Assembly (NCBI GenBank): GCA_965207885.1
Contig: OZ242311.1
Location: 2,048,001-2,112,000 of the forward strand
Length of the DNA stretch: 64,000 nt
Direction of reading: 5' to 3'
DNA from: Candidatus Latescibacterota bacterium
Lineage (GTDB): Bacteria; Latescibacterota; UBA2968
Part shown: positions 37,621-47,754 of the stretch, piece by piece
Layout of the letters: every line of letters starts with the position of its first letter
How positions within the stretch are numbered: position 1 is the stretch's first letter
Notes under the pieces: generated by a model
Database searches by the model: none
Told to the model about the DNA's origin: nothing
Seen by the model: only the letters and a program-made list of their open reading frames with translations
Position numbers and translations under genes: made by a program

Positions 37621-38457
37621 ATGGCTTATCGCACATTGGAAGATTTTTTTGGTGATATTGTGGGGAAAGCGCGTCGGGGACAGGGGATTTCGGAATCGGA
37701 GCTGGCGCAACGGGTGGGGCTTAGTGTTCGACAAATTGGGCAAATAGAATCGTACGAACTGACGCCCGATGATCAGGCCATTTGCCGACTTGCAGACGCA
37801 CTTCATCTCGATGGTAAAAAGTTGGCGGAGGTGGCGCGTGGATGGGTGCCAGCGCAGGGCAATGCGGCGTTTGAAGACGAGAATATGCGGGTTGACCGAT
37901 TGATTCTCGACGCGGGCATGACGGTGAATTGTTATGTCCTAAAGTGTAAGGTGTCGGGCAAAGGAGCTGTGATTGATCCCGGTGGGCAGGCGCAGTTGAT
38001 TTTGGATGCGATTGCCGATATACAGGTGACGCACATTTTGCTCACACACGGGCACGGCGATCACGTTGGGGCACTCGAAGCCGTTGCCGATACGACACAG
38101 GCGCAGGTATGTGGTTGCGAGCGCGATTTTGCGTTGATGGCCGGGCGCAGCAGGCGGGTGACGGAACGCGTGGATGAGGGGTGGCAAACAGCGATTGGCG
38201 AACTCGGTATTGATACGGTGAGTTTGCCCGGGCACACGGGTGGTGGTATTGGGTATTATACTTCACCTGTGTTTTTTTCGGGCGACGCGCTATTTGCGGG
38301 TTCTCTGGGAGGGGCGAGGGGAGATGCCTACCGAGGGCAAATTCAGGCCGTGCGTGCGAAGGTGCTCTCTCTACCGGGAGAAACGACCATTTTTCCCGGA
38401 CATGGTCCGATTACGTCTGTGGTGCAAGAGCTGGCGCACAATCCCTATTTTGTTTAA
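37621..38457 (+). CDS. XRE-HTH + MBL-fold metallohydrolase fusion
   Basis: N-terminal ARRGQGISESELAQRVG HTH; IDPG, THGHGDH, PGHT, SGDALF, PGHG. Confidence 0.85.
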   Translation: MAYRTLEDFFGDIVGKARRGQGISESELAQRVGLSVRQIGQIESYELTPDDQAICRLADALHLDGKKLAEVARGWVPAQGNAAFEDENMRVDRLILDAGMTVNCYVLKCKVSGKGAVIDPGGQAQLILDAIADIQVTHILLTHGHGDHVGALEAVADTTQAQVCGCERDFALMAGRSRRVTERVDEGWQTAIGELGIDTVSLPGHTGGGIGYYTSPVFFSGDALFAGSLGGARGDAYRGQIQAVRAKVLSLPGETTIFPGHGPITSVVQELAHNPYFV

Positions 38458-38477
38458 AAAGAATCCGGGAACCTTTT

Positions 38478-38675
38478 TTATTCTTTTTCGGATTCCTGGG
38501 TTTCAACCCATTGTCCAATGGCCTGGCGAATGGATTCGACTGCGGCTTTTTTGCGCTCAAGGCGGTCAATATGCACGCGTAGCTGATCAATTTGTGCGTC
38601 GAGATCTCGAAGTTCACCATTTGCTGCTTCAAGTGCTTGTTGATACAGGGGTTCGCTATGGGTCGGTTCTGCCAT
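38478..38675 (-). CDS. small coiled-coil hypothetical protein
   Basis: 65 aa, heptad pattern, AAGGAG RBS. Confidence 0.6.
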   Translation of the reverse strand: MAEPTHSEPLYQQALEAANGELRDLDAQIDQLRVHIDRLERKKAAVESIRQAIGQWVETQESEKE

Positions 38676-39031
38676 GAATTAAGCTCCTTGTAGAAAAAAA
38701 ATGAAATACGCGATCTGGCTAAACATAACCTGTGTGGCCTTGCGTCGTCAAGTGCGAAAAAGTCCGCTCGCTGTTGGTTTGTGAAAACGGTGTATTTTTT
38801 TGTCTTTACAATCCGTTACAATTTATTACAATTTTCATGGGAACGTAGTGGTTCTGCCAGTTGTTTAATGCCGTAAATACTGATTCACAAGAGACATGCA
38901 ACTTTCTTTTGATTCACGCATTTAAAAAAGGTAGTAAATTCCAATATTTATTATAGTGGGTGTTGAGAGTATGTCAACGCTGTCTCACAGGGATATTTCT
39001 CACTGTTGATTTCGTTGCAAAGGAGCTAAAC

Positions 39032-42000
39032 ATGGCTCGGTGGTGTCTTTTCGTACGAAGCGCAATATGCGCCCTTATCTTGGGTGTTTCAAGCTCTGCT
39101 TTCGGGCAGGAATATTTTGGCAAAAACAAGGTCAATTACAGCCAGTATGTATGGCATTATATCGACAGTGAACACTTCACGGTTTATTTTGACAAGGGTT
39201 CACTGGGGCTGGCCGAGTTTGTTGCCAAAGAAGCCGAAAGATCTTTGGTACACATTGAGAAAACGCTGAAATATACGATGAAGGATCGCTATCCCATTGT
39301 TATTTACAATTCTCACAATGGATTTTCAGTGTCGAATATTATCAGCGGGGAACAGTCTGAGTTTACGGGCGGATATACCGAGTTTGCCCAGGGGCGCGTG
39401 GTGATTCCCTTTACGGGATCTTATGGGGATTTGCAACATGTTATCCACCACGAACTGGTTCATGCGGTTACGATTGAGTTGTGGACCGGTGGTGGCTGGT
39501 TGGGGTCTCTGGTTTCGCAAACATCGACGTTACCTCCGCTGTGGATTGCCGAGGGCATTGCCGAATACGTATCTCGATATGGCTGGCACAAAGAGCACGA
39601 TAATTTTATGCGCGATGCAACCATTACCGGATATGTGCCGACTATCGAAATGATGTCCCTGAGTTATTTTGCCTATCCCGGTGGCAATTCAGTTTTTTAC
39701 ATGATAGAACAGGAATACGGCAAGGACAAAGTGGCATCTTTTATTTCTTCTTTCCGAACGGCCAAAAATCCCGATAAAGCACTCAAAGCATCTCTGGGAT
39801 TTGGGATGAAGGAATTGGAGGAAAAATATCAATTGTGGCTCAAGCGGCAATACTGGAATGAGATCAATTTGCGCCATACGCCCAAAGAAATGGCAACAAA
39901 TTTGACAGAGCACGAAGATAGGCGTTCGGCGTATAATTTAGCTGCTGCGTTATCCCCACAAGGCGACAAGGTCGCGTATTTGACCGACCGGAATGGCACG
40001 TTTGATATTTATTTGATGTCGGCGATTGATGGCAAAGACCTGGGGCGTTTGGTCGAGGGCCAAAAGTCGTCTGCTTTTGAGTCGATGTTTGTTTTGCGGC
40101 CCGGATTTACCTGGTCGCCGGATGGTCGGCACATTGCATTCGCCGCCAAATCGAATAACAAAAATACCCTGTATATCCTCGAAGTTAAAAATAAACAGAT
40201 TCGCAAGCGCTTTAAGTTTGACCTCGATGGCTTGTTTGAACCCACCTGGTCGCCAGATGGGAAAAAAATAGCCGTCGCGGGTATTAAAGATGGCTGGTCC
40301 GACGTCTATGTGGTCGATTTGAACGATGAGTCGCTTACGCGGCTTACAAATGATCCCTATGACGAGCGGCATCTGGATTGGTCGCCCGATGGTACCTGGA
40401 TCGCCATGAGTTCTGATCGTCCCGATACCCATTTGAAGTTCAGCGGGGGGAAGGATTTTGCTTTTGGTCAGTACGATATTTTCTTACTGCGTACAGATGG
40501 TTCCGGGATGCGCCGCATTGTCGCTTCTGAAGATGCCGAGGATTCGCATCCCGTGTGGGGTGCCGATAGCAAACACGTCGCCTTTGTTTCTGATCGCACG
40601 GGTGTGGGCAATATCTATATTGCAGATGTTGACAGTACGCAGGAGATATATCCCATTACTAATTTGCTGTCAGGGGCGCAATATCTCGATTGGTCAGCCG
40701 ATGGCAAAAAAATCGTGTTCAATGCGTTTCACAAGGGTGCCCTGGATATATTTGTGATGCGCGACCCACTTGCAGAGCGAAAAGAAATGGCGGATTTGCC
40801 GCGCACCCGGTTTGTCAAGCGCCTTGCTGGCGAAGATGAAAAGATGTTTGTCGAGTTGCAAAAGGAAAAATATGCGAGCCGCAAGATTGACAAAGTAGAA
40901 GCCGACAGCACCGCGGTCGATTCGACAGCAGAAAAAACAGAAAAGAAAGTAGCGCAGTGGATTTCCGATCAGGAAGCACTTGCAGCTGCAGAGAGTGCAC
41001 CTGCAGATAGTACGACTGAAATCGATACCACACATCCGGTTGCAGGTAGCCCAGAAATGGCCGATACCGGCAAACAAGGGGTGAAAAACTGGGGTGAAAA
41101 GGAATTTTTGGTTAAGAAATACAAGCTGAAATTCAAGCCCGAACTATTTGGTGCTCAGGCGGGGTTTGATACGTTCTACGGTGTGAGTAGCTCTATTGTA
41201 TTGTCGATGAGTGATGTGATGGGCGATCACCGCGCCACGTTGGTGACGAGTCTGAATTTTTCGCTTAAAGACAGCGATTTTCTGCTCGCTTATGCTTATT
41301 TGAAGAATCGCACAAATTACGGTGCACAACTTTTTCACACGCGATTCTTTTTCTTTGACAGTACAGGGCGCCTGACTGCGGATCGATATTACGGGCTTGC
41401 GGGAGGGCTTGAAAGACCATTTAACCGATTCTCCCGTTTGGAACTCAGTACGCGTTTTGTATCTATTGATCGCGAGGAGGTATTTACCGACAGAAATGCC
41501 AACCCGTATTATCAGCCGGGCTTTCGCGGCGTTGGGCGGTTTACGAGCGAATTGATCAATCGCCGTCGGGCGGCTATCGGCGAGGTGGCTCTGGTGGGCG
41601 ATAGCGCGTTGTACAGTTTGTTTGGCGCGGTAGATGGGCATCGCTATCGGTTAAATTTTGAAGGCTCTGGCGTGGGCATGAAATTTGCCACATTTACGCT
41701 GGATTATCGCAAATATATGCGGTTGTTAAATGAATATACCTTTGCAATTCGAATGTCGGGCGGAACGAGTTATGGCCCCAACAGCACCGTGTTTTTCCTG
41801 GGCGGTGTGAACAATCCGGTCAATCCGACATTTTCAACCATTGCCAGTGTTGATCAGAGTCGCGTCTTTTTCTCTTCTTACGTCTGGCCCTTGCGAGGCG
41901 CGAGATTGCTCGAAATGGCGGGTGATTCTTATGTGCTGGCCAATGTCGCATTTCGGTTCCCGCTCATCCGGCAATTGGCCATGGGCTGGCCCTTACCGTT

Positions 42001-42298
42001 TTTCTTCCAGAATGTACAGGGCGAATTGTTCTTCGACATTGGAGGTGCTTTTGACCGCGCCAATTGGAGAGATGGGTGGGTCGCCCGAGATGGGGGGTTT
42101 GAGCTCAATACACCGCAAAATTTTCGTACGCCGGAAATCCTGAAACCAAAACCGCAGATAGCCGCCGGGTATGGATTTGGGGTGCGGGTAAATTTGGGCT
42201 ATTTCCTGTTCCGCTACGATCTGGCCTGGCCTACGGATCTCGCAGAAACATATCATCCACACCAGTATTTCTCAATTGATTTCACGGGCTTGTTCTAA
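39032..42298 (+). CDS. peptidase MA-like + PD40/TolB propeller + Omp85 (BamA/TamA-type) barrel protein
   Basis: Signal peptide, FGKNKV, HHELVH..W.AEG.AEY, repeated WSPDG, FFLGG..PLRG, GYGFGVR, terminal F. Confidence 0.85.
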   Translation: MARWCLFVRSAICALILGVSSSAFGQEYFGKNKVNYSQYVWHYIDSEHFTVYFDKGSLGLAEFVAKEAERSLVHIEKTLKYTMKDRYPIVIYNSHNGFSVSNIISGEQSEFTGGYTEFAQGRVVIPFTGSYGDLQHVIHHELVHAVTIELWTGGGWLGSLVSQTSTLPPLWIAEGIAEYVSRYGWHKEHDNFMRDATITGYVPTIEMMSLSYFAYPGGNSVFYMIEQEYGKDKVASFISSFRTAKNPDKALKASLGFGMKELEEKYQLWLKRQYWNEINLRHTPKEMATNLTEHEDRRSAYNLAAALSPQGDKVAYLTDRNGTFDIYLMSAIDGKDLGRLVEGQKSSAFESMFVLRPGFTWSPDGRHIAFAAKSNNKNTLYILEVKNKQIRKRFKFDLDGLFEPTWSPDGKKIAVAGIKDGWSDVYVVDLNDESLTRLTNDPYDERHLDWSPDGTWIAMSSDRPDTHLKFSGGKDFAFGQYDIFLLRTDGSGMRRIVASEDAEDSHPVWGADSKHVAFVSDRTGVGNIYIADVDSTQEIYPITNLLSGAQYLDWSADGKKIVFNAFHKGALDIFVMRDPLAERKEMADLPRTRFVKRLAGEDEKMFVELQKEKYASRKIDKVEADSTAVDSTAEKTEKKVAQWISDQEALAAAESAPADSTTEIDTTHPVAGSPEMADTGKQGVKNWGEKEFLVKKYKLKFKPELFGAQAGFDTFYGVSSSIVLSMSDVMGDHRATLVTSLNFSLKDSDFLLAYAYLKNRTNYGAQLFHTRFFFFDSTGRLTADRYYGLAGGLERPFNRFSRLELSTRFVSIDREEVFTDRNANPYYQPGFRGVGRFTSELINRRRAAIGEVALVGDSALYSLFGAVDGHRYRLNFEGSGVGMKFATFTLDYRKYMRLLNEYTFAIRMSGGTSYGPNSTVFFLGGVNNPVNPTFSTIASVDQSRVFFSSYVWPLRGARLLEMAGDSYVLANVAFRFPLIRQLAMGWPLPFFFQNVQGELFFDIGGAFDRANWRDGWVARDGGFELNTPQNFRTPEILKPKPQIAAGYGFGVRVNLGYFLFRYDLAWPTDLAETYHPHQYFSIDFTGLF

Positions 42299-42347
42299 TC
42301 CGCAGATAAAAGGCGAGATTAAGTTTAGGTTTGGATGAAAACCGATG

Positions 42348-42380
42348 AGGAGAGGCGTGCTGTGCGTCTCTCCTTTTTTT
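42348..42380 (+). terminator. intrinsic terminator
   Basis: AGGAGAGGCG...CGTCTCTCCTTTTTTT. Confidence 0.7.
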
Positions 42381-42466
42381 GTTAGGTTGATAGATGATGA
42401 TTTTTTTTGTATTATTTGAAATGGTCAAAACGCGAGGTGAGAAAGTTTTTTTATGAGGGGCTTGTT

Positions 42467-42781
42467 ATGGCAGCTAAAGAGTCTTACATGGCGGGTTTGG
42501 GTAAGTTAGGGGCTGGAGATTTGGAAGGCGCGATTATCGAATTTGAGAAGGCTGTATCTGACGATGTCTCATTTTACATGGCGCATCTGGGATGGGCACA
42601 GGCATTAGATCGGCTGGGGAGGGTTGATGAGGCGATTGAACAGGTCAACTGCGCTTTGCAAATTGTTCCCGATGAGGCACTCGCACATACGAGTCTATCG
42701 CGATTATATCAGCAGAAAGGGATGATTGAAGAGGCCGAAAAGGAAATGGCTATTTCTCACAAACTCTCTCAAAATATTTAA
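42467..42781 (+). CDS. small TPR protein
   Basis: TPR-like helices, AHTSLSRLYQQKGMIEEAE. Confidence 0.8.
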   Translation: MAAKESYMAGLGKLGAGDLEGAIIEFEKAVSDDVSFYMAHLGWAQALDRLGRVDEAIEQVNCALQIVPDEALAHTSLSRLYQQKGMIEEAEKEMAISHKLSQNI

Positions 42782-42784
42782 AAA

Positions 42785-44809
42785 ATGACGCGTGTACTGA
42801 AAATGAGGACGTCCTGCTTGGGCGTCCTTTCTGTTTTTGTGTTGATGGCGTGTGTGAAAGCAAATGCAAATTCGGTTGATTCGCTGCTGGCACGTGCGCA
42901 AAGCGATACGTCGAAACCGCTTGACTACCGCATTGGTTTGCTCAGAAAAGCACTCCGTGTGGATGGCGATCGCGCAGATGTCTGTGCGGCATTGGGTGTG
43001 TTGTTTATGCAAAAAAACACGCCTGCGAGCAGGTTGCGTGCAGATCGCTATATTTATCGCGCGATTGTATTGGACCCCGAGAACATAGAGTATCATCTGT
43101 CTTACGCGACCCTGCAGCGCAAGAAGGGTTTTCGGTACAATGCCAGGCGATATTTTGAAAAGGTGCTCAGTATAGATTCAACGCAGGTTGATGCGGCCTG
43201 TGAAGTGGGCGATTATTATTTACAGGATATGTTGAAATACGTCGATGCGCGACGTTTTGACGGAGGTGGAAGTATGCGGTCTTTTGCAATGGAGAGTGTG
43301 CAAACGGCTGCGGATTATTACCACTACGCACTCGCACATGATCCCTATTGCAGACGCGCGTATTACGGGCTGGGGATGCTGAGTATAGAGGGTGGATATA
43401 AAGAGGATTTGATTGTTATTGCGCAGGCACTTTTAGGCCGGTGGCCACAGGATCGGGATGGACTTTTGTTTTTGGGATTGGGGTATTATGCGGCCGAAAA
43501 GTACGAGGCGGCGGGCAAAGCATTTGATCGCGCGTACGCACAGATGGATTCGGTTGGACAGGCTGCGATGACTTCAATAGAATTGTTGGGCGGCGGGGAT
43601 GAGGCACCTGCGCTTTTTTGGCAAAAGCGCGATCCTTTGTTTCTCTCGCCTGTGAATGAAAGAAAGCTGGCACATCGCGGGCGGGTTGCTTATGCAAATT
43701 TGAGATTTGGTCTGCCCGATGAGGAGATTGCGGGTTGGGAAACGGATATGGGCAAGGTCTGGATTCGCTACGGTCGCTATGTCAATCGCGTGAGAACGCT
43801 TATTCCGCATCGAGAGATCTGGACTTATGAAGATTTTTCAATGGACTTTTTTTCCTATGATTCTGTGCATTGGAAATTGGAATCGATGAGGGATGAGCGA
43901 TGGGCACTCGTTCCGGGCGGATGGGGCAGAAGTCAGATTCTGTCGTCCAATTTTTATTACCCCGAGCGCTATATCGATCCGTATCGAGATCAGAAATACG
44001 GATTGCCCGTGCAGGTGGGATTTTTTAAGGCTGAAGAAAAACAGGTCAAAGTGGCTCTTTCGTGGGGCATCCCCAAGCATCAGTTGCAGTATCTCAAGCT
44101 CTATGAGACCTATCAGGTTGATTTAGATGCTGGTATTTTTGTTCATAGAAGCGATGGGGAAGAGATAACGGGTATCAGGTGGCAGCCAGAGGTATTTCGA
44201 GATGTTTGGACCGATTCATTGAAGGAGCGGTATTTGTTGGGGCAACGCGACCTGATTTTGGCACCAGGGCAACAAGATGCCGATTCACTTGCGCTATCTT
44301 TAGAGATTAGGGATTCGGGAAAGAAAACAGTGGGCGTGTTCCGCGATACCGTTTTTGTACAGGCATTTCCCGATGATGTGATTTCTATGAGTTCTGTGTT
44401 GTTGGCTTCACATGCGGAGGATGGCAAAGAGGGGATAGAAGTCATCCCCAATCCGTTGAGAACTTTTGGTGCGGACGAGTTGTTGTATATCTATTTTGAG
44501 ATCTACAATCTGATACGCGATGAGTTTGGGCAGACCGATTTTTCTGTGACGTACAGAGTCGGACCACCAGATTTGCGGCGTTTTTCCGATAAGCGAGATC
44601 GAAAGGCGATTGCGCAATTGGGTATAAGTGATGACAGGTGGCGTATTTCCGTTAGTACAGATTATCGGGGAGGGGATATGCAGGAGCCGATTTATTTATC
44701 TGTTGATTTAAGTGAGTTAGGACCTGGTGTGCATCTGCTATCTATAGTGGTCACTGACCGTCAGACGGGTTTACAGACCTGGCGAGAAACCCTGTTTCGC
44801 ATTTTGTGA
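42785..44809 (+). CDS. GWxTD-domain protein with TPR repeats
   Basis: Signal peptide, TPRs, FWQKRDP..NE..H..R..YAN..F..GWETDMGKVWIRYG. Confidence 0.87.
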   Translation: MTRVLKMRTSCLGVLSVFVLMACVKANANSVDSLLARAQSDTSKPLDYRIGLLRKALRVDGDRADVCAALGVLFMQKNTPASRLRADRYIYRAIVLDPENIEYHLSYATLQRKKGFRYNARRYFEKVLSIDSTQVDAACEVGDYYLQDMLKYVDARRFDGGGSMRSFAMESVQTAADYYHYALAHDPYCRRAYYGLGMLSIEGGYKEDLIVIAQALLGRWPQDRDGLLFLGLGYYAAEKYEAAGKAFDRAYAQMDSVGQAAMTSIELLGGGDEAPALFWQKRDPLFLSPVNERKLAHRGRVAYANLRFGLPDEEIAGWETDMGKVWIRYGRYVNRVRTLIPHREIWTYEDFSMDFFSYDSVHWKLESMRDERWALVPGGWGRSQILSSNFYYPERYIDPYRDQKYGLPVQVGFFKAEEKQVKVALSWGIPKHQLQYLKLYETYQVDLDAGIFVHRSDGEEITGIRWQPEVFRDVWTDSLKERYLLGQRDLILAPGQQDADSLALSLEIRDSGKKTVGVFRDTVFVQAFPDDVISMSSVLLASHAEDGKEGIEVIPNPLRTFGADELLYIYFEIYNLIRDEFGQTDFSVTYRVGPPDLRRFSDKRDRKAIAQLGISDDRWRISVSTDYRGGDMQEPIYLSVDLSELGPGVHLLSIVVTDRQTGLQTWRETLFRIL

Positions 44810-44811
44810 CG

Positions 44812-45885
44812 TCAGAGGACCTGTTTTTTTGCTTTTTTGTGCCAGAGGAGGTTAATCAGTGGGGGGCCGCCAAATAAAATAAAGCCGAAGATCGCGACTG
44901 CGTGTACCGACGTGGCAAATGCCAATGCGATTTCTGTTGGCACATGGTAGAAATGGTGGAGGGTTTGGGCGCAAAAAAAATGGTAAGAGCCTATACCCCC
45001 TGGAGCGGGAAGGACAAATCCGATTGTGGCGAAGGTCATCACAACCATCGCTTCAAACAAGCCGAGGTTGTACTTATGCGATAGGTCGAAACTGTAGAAG
45101 GGCAAGTACATGGCGAACAAATAAAGACTGTTGAGAATCAGGGTTGATACCAATATCCCCGCATAGCCTTCTACAGTGTGAATGGCTCTCATTCCCTGTA
45201 AAAAAGAACGCAAAATATGGGTTACACCATCGGCCAGCCTGGGAGAGAGGCGCGATAGCAGGTGGTGGAAAAAGGACAGGCCGCGTTCTCCGCGGGCAGA
45301 GAGCAGTCCCAAAAATACGAAAGCAAACAGGATGATGGGCAATGTCAGCAAGGCGACTTGCTCAAGTCCGGGAAATGCTGCGCCGATTTGCTCTCTGGCA
45401 AAAAATAAAACCACGCCAAAGATGATCAAGAGGGTGAGTATATCGAGCAAGCGTTCTACAATCACTGTCGCCAGGATTGCGCTGAGGCCGGTAGGGTGAT
45501 CTCTCTCGAGGGCGAGGGCACGCGCAACTTCGCCCGCGCGCGGGAATACGACATTGCCCGCATAAGCGACCATGACAGCCCAAAATGCCGAGCGAATGGA
45601 AATATTTGGGGCAACGGGCAATAGCAACATGCGCCAACGCCAGGCTCGGGGCAAGCCCGATGCAATGATGATGATGGCCGATAAGAGCAACCAAAGGGGA
45701 TTGGCCGTTTGCAGGGCCTCTTCGAGACGCACCCATTCGACATTTCTAAACGCCGCCCAGAGAAAGCCCCCCATGAGCAGGAGACTGGCTGCGAGTTTGA
45801 GAAAGGTTTTTATGACAGACTTCGACATGGCAGAACTGGGCGCGTCAATTAGGCGACTAACTGCGAGTTTGAGAAAGGTTTTCAT
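44812..45885 (-). CDS. lysylphosphatidylglycerol synthase TM / flippase-like (UPF0104) protein
   Basis: RAWRW, N.VFPRAGEVAR, IVERLLD, PAPGGIG. Confidence 0.87.
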   Translation of the reverse strand: MKTFLKLAVSRLIDAPSSAMSKSVIKTFLKLAASLLLMGGFLWAAFRNVEWVRLEEALQTANPLWLLLSAIIIIASGLPRAWRWRMLLLPVAPNISIRSAFWAVMVAYAGNVVFPRAGEVARALALERDHPTGLSAILATVIVERLLDILTLLIIFGVVLFFAREQIGAAFPGLEQVALLTLPIILFAFVFLGLLSARGERGLSFFHHLLSRLSPRLADGVTHILRSFLQGMRAIHTVEGYAGILVSTLILNSLYLFAMYLPFYSFDLSHKYNLGLFEAMVVMTFATIGFVLPAPGGIGSYHFFCAQTLHHFYHVPTEIALAFATSVHAVAIFGFILFGGPPLINLLWHKKAKKQVL

Positions 45886-45887
45886 GA
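45789..45887. repeat. 22-bp exact direct repeat (72-bp period) duplicating the gene start
   Basis: CTGCGAGTTTGAGAAAGGTTTT at 45789 and 45861; protein KTFLKLA x2. Confidence 0.88.
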
Positions 45888-46769
45888 TAGGCCATATCCC
45901 AGACTGCGAAGGGCGGTGTCTTTTTTTCGCCAGTTCTCATAGACTTTGACGTGCAGGTCGAGATAAATTGGGTGTTCCAAAAATGCCTCGATTTTTTTTC
46001 GTGCCTGATGTCCAATGGTTTTGAGGGTTTTTCCCCCCCGTCCTATGACAATGCCTTTTTGTGAATTGCGTTCGACAATGATATTGGCCTGAATATAGAC
46101 TTTGGGGCGGTTTTCTTCAAAAGCCTCAATGTCGATTGCCGTTGCATAAGGCAATTCCTGGCGGAGATGGTGGAATACTTCCTCTCGAATGAGTTCCGCA
46201 ACAAAAAATCTTTCGGGCTGTTCGGTGAGCGTATCTTCCGGATAGTATTGTGGGCCTTCTGGCAGTGCTTGGCGCAGGGCTGTGTGAAGCTCTTGCAGGC
46301 CATGTCCAGTGATGGCCGACACAGATAAGACGCCCTGCGTAGCAAGTGAGGCGCGAATCTGTTGCTCGCAGCGTTGGACTTGCGTGCGCGAGATGAGGTC
46401 GGTCTTGTTTACGGCGATGATTTTGGGAATATCCCATTGTCCGAAGATTTGTCGTACTTCGGCGTCATAGGAGGTGTCGAGTTTTGAACCATCGACAATG
46501 CCCAAAAGCACATCTGCACTTTGATATGCACGCCCGATTTGCCGGTTCATAAATTCGTGAAGGCGATAGCGCGCAGACAAGATACCGGGGGTATCGAGAA
46601 ATATCATTTGAGCCTGTTTATCTGTCACAATTCCCAGGATATTATTACGGGTAGTTTGGGGTTTGGGTGAAATAATGGATAGACGCTCCCCCACGAGTGC
46701 ATTAAAAAGTGTGGATTTGCCGACATTGGTTCGTCCCGCGATTATGACATATCCAGATTTGAAAGCCAT
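45882..46769 (-). CDS. era: GTPase Era
   Basis: GRTNVGKST, PKPQTTR, DTPG, NKTD, QELPY, SQKGIVIG. Confidence 0.97.
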   Translation of the reverse strand: MAFKSGYVIIAGRTNVGKSTLFNALVGERLSIISPKPQTTRNNILGIVTDKQAQMIFLDTPGILSARYRLHEFMNRQIGRAYQSADVLLGIVDGSKLDTSYDAEVRQIFGQWDIPKIIAVNKTDLISRTQVQRCEQQIRASLATQGVLSVSAITGHGLQELHTALRQALPEGPQYYPEDTLTEQPERFFVAELIREEVFHHLRQELPYATAIDIEAFEENRPKVYIQANIIVERNSQKGIVIGRGGKTLKTIGHQARKKIEAFLEHPIYLDLHVKVYENWRKKDTALRSLGYGLS

Positions 46770-46779
46770 CACTGTCCAA

Positions 46780-47754
46780 TCAAAAAAATAAAGTGGCCGA
46801 AATGCGGTACGTATTGTCGAGTTGGTCGTGTTCCATGAAGGCGAGATCTACGCCAAATCGACGAAGTTGCAAGCCAGTGCCCGCTGTAAAGTGCCCATCC
46901 TTATATCCGAGGCGAAATGCAAGGCGGTGTTGCAGGCGGTATTCTGTCCCCAGTTGTATGCTGCTCGTTTTTTCCCGTGTCGATTTTTCGTCATTCAGGT
47001 GCGTGCTAAAACCGACTGTCATATCACCGCCGGGCACCCTGCGTAGAAGTGCAAGGCCAATGAGAAGAGACGGCGAAATGCGATCTGTAATGCCGTCGGG
47101 AAATGCAATGCGCGTCTTTGTAAGATCGCGTATTGTCGCGCCAATGCGAAACGTCGAAGTGGGCAGATAGAGCAGGCCGATGTCCAGGCCAAAGCCGCTT
47201 CCGATGCCCACGCTGAGATCGCGTCTAATCATTTTTATACCCGCCCCAAGACGCAATTTATCTGTGATATGTCGCCCATAAGCGATTCGAAAGACATAAT
47301 CAGCAGTGCCGATTTTGTCGATTATTACGGGTCGGTTGTCTGGGCCAATTGGACGGTCTGGATCTTCCAGGCCCGTCAGGGCAATCCCATCAACGCCAGC
47401 GCGAACAATGCCCAGGCCAATGCCGCCTTTTCTTATGGGCAAGCGCAATGCCAAAATATCGTGATTTATACTACCGCCAAATTGTTCGGCATGTTGTACG
47501 TGAATTTCTCGTTTGGGTGGTAATGAATTTTTTTCGAAGTCTGTCCTGGAATACACCTCTAGAGCAAGTCCTGCGGGATTCCAATAGACTGCTGTTGCAT
47601 CAAAACTGAGCGCGATATAAGCACTGCCCATGCCCAGAGCGCGGGCACCAGCCCCCAATAAGAGTGGATCACCTGCATAATGGGATGTCTGTGCATGGGT
47701 TGGACTTGTGAGCGCGCACATGCAATACAACGCCAGGGTCGCAAAGCGTTTCAA
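46780..47754 (-). CDS. PorV/PorQ-like outer membrane beta-barrel
   Basis: Signal peptide, GARALGMG.A......A.YWNPAGL, terminal F. Confidence 0.8.
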   Translation of the reverse strand: MKRFATLALYCMCALTSPTHAQTSHYAGDPLLLGAGARALGMGSAYIALSFDATAVYWNPAGLALEVYSRTDFEKNSLPPKREIHVQHAEQFGGSINHDILALRLPIRKGGIGLGIVRAGVDGIALTGLEDPDRPIGPDNRPVIIDKIGTADYVFRIAYGRHITDKLRLGAGIKMIRRDLSVGIGSGFGLDIGLLYLPTSTFRIGATIRDLTKTRIAFPDGITDRISPSLLIGLALLRRVPGGDMTVGFSTHLNDEKSTREKTSSIQLGTEYRLQHRLAFRLGYKDGHFTAGTGLQLRRFGVDLAFMEHDQLDNTYRISATLFF

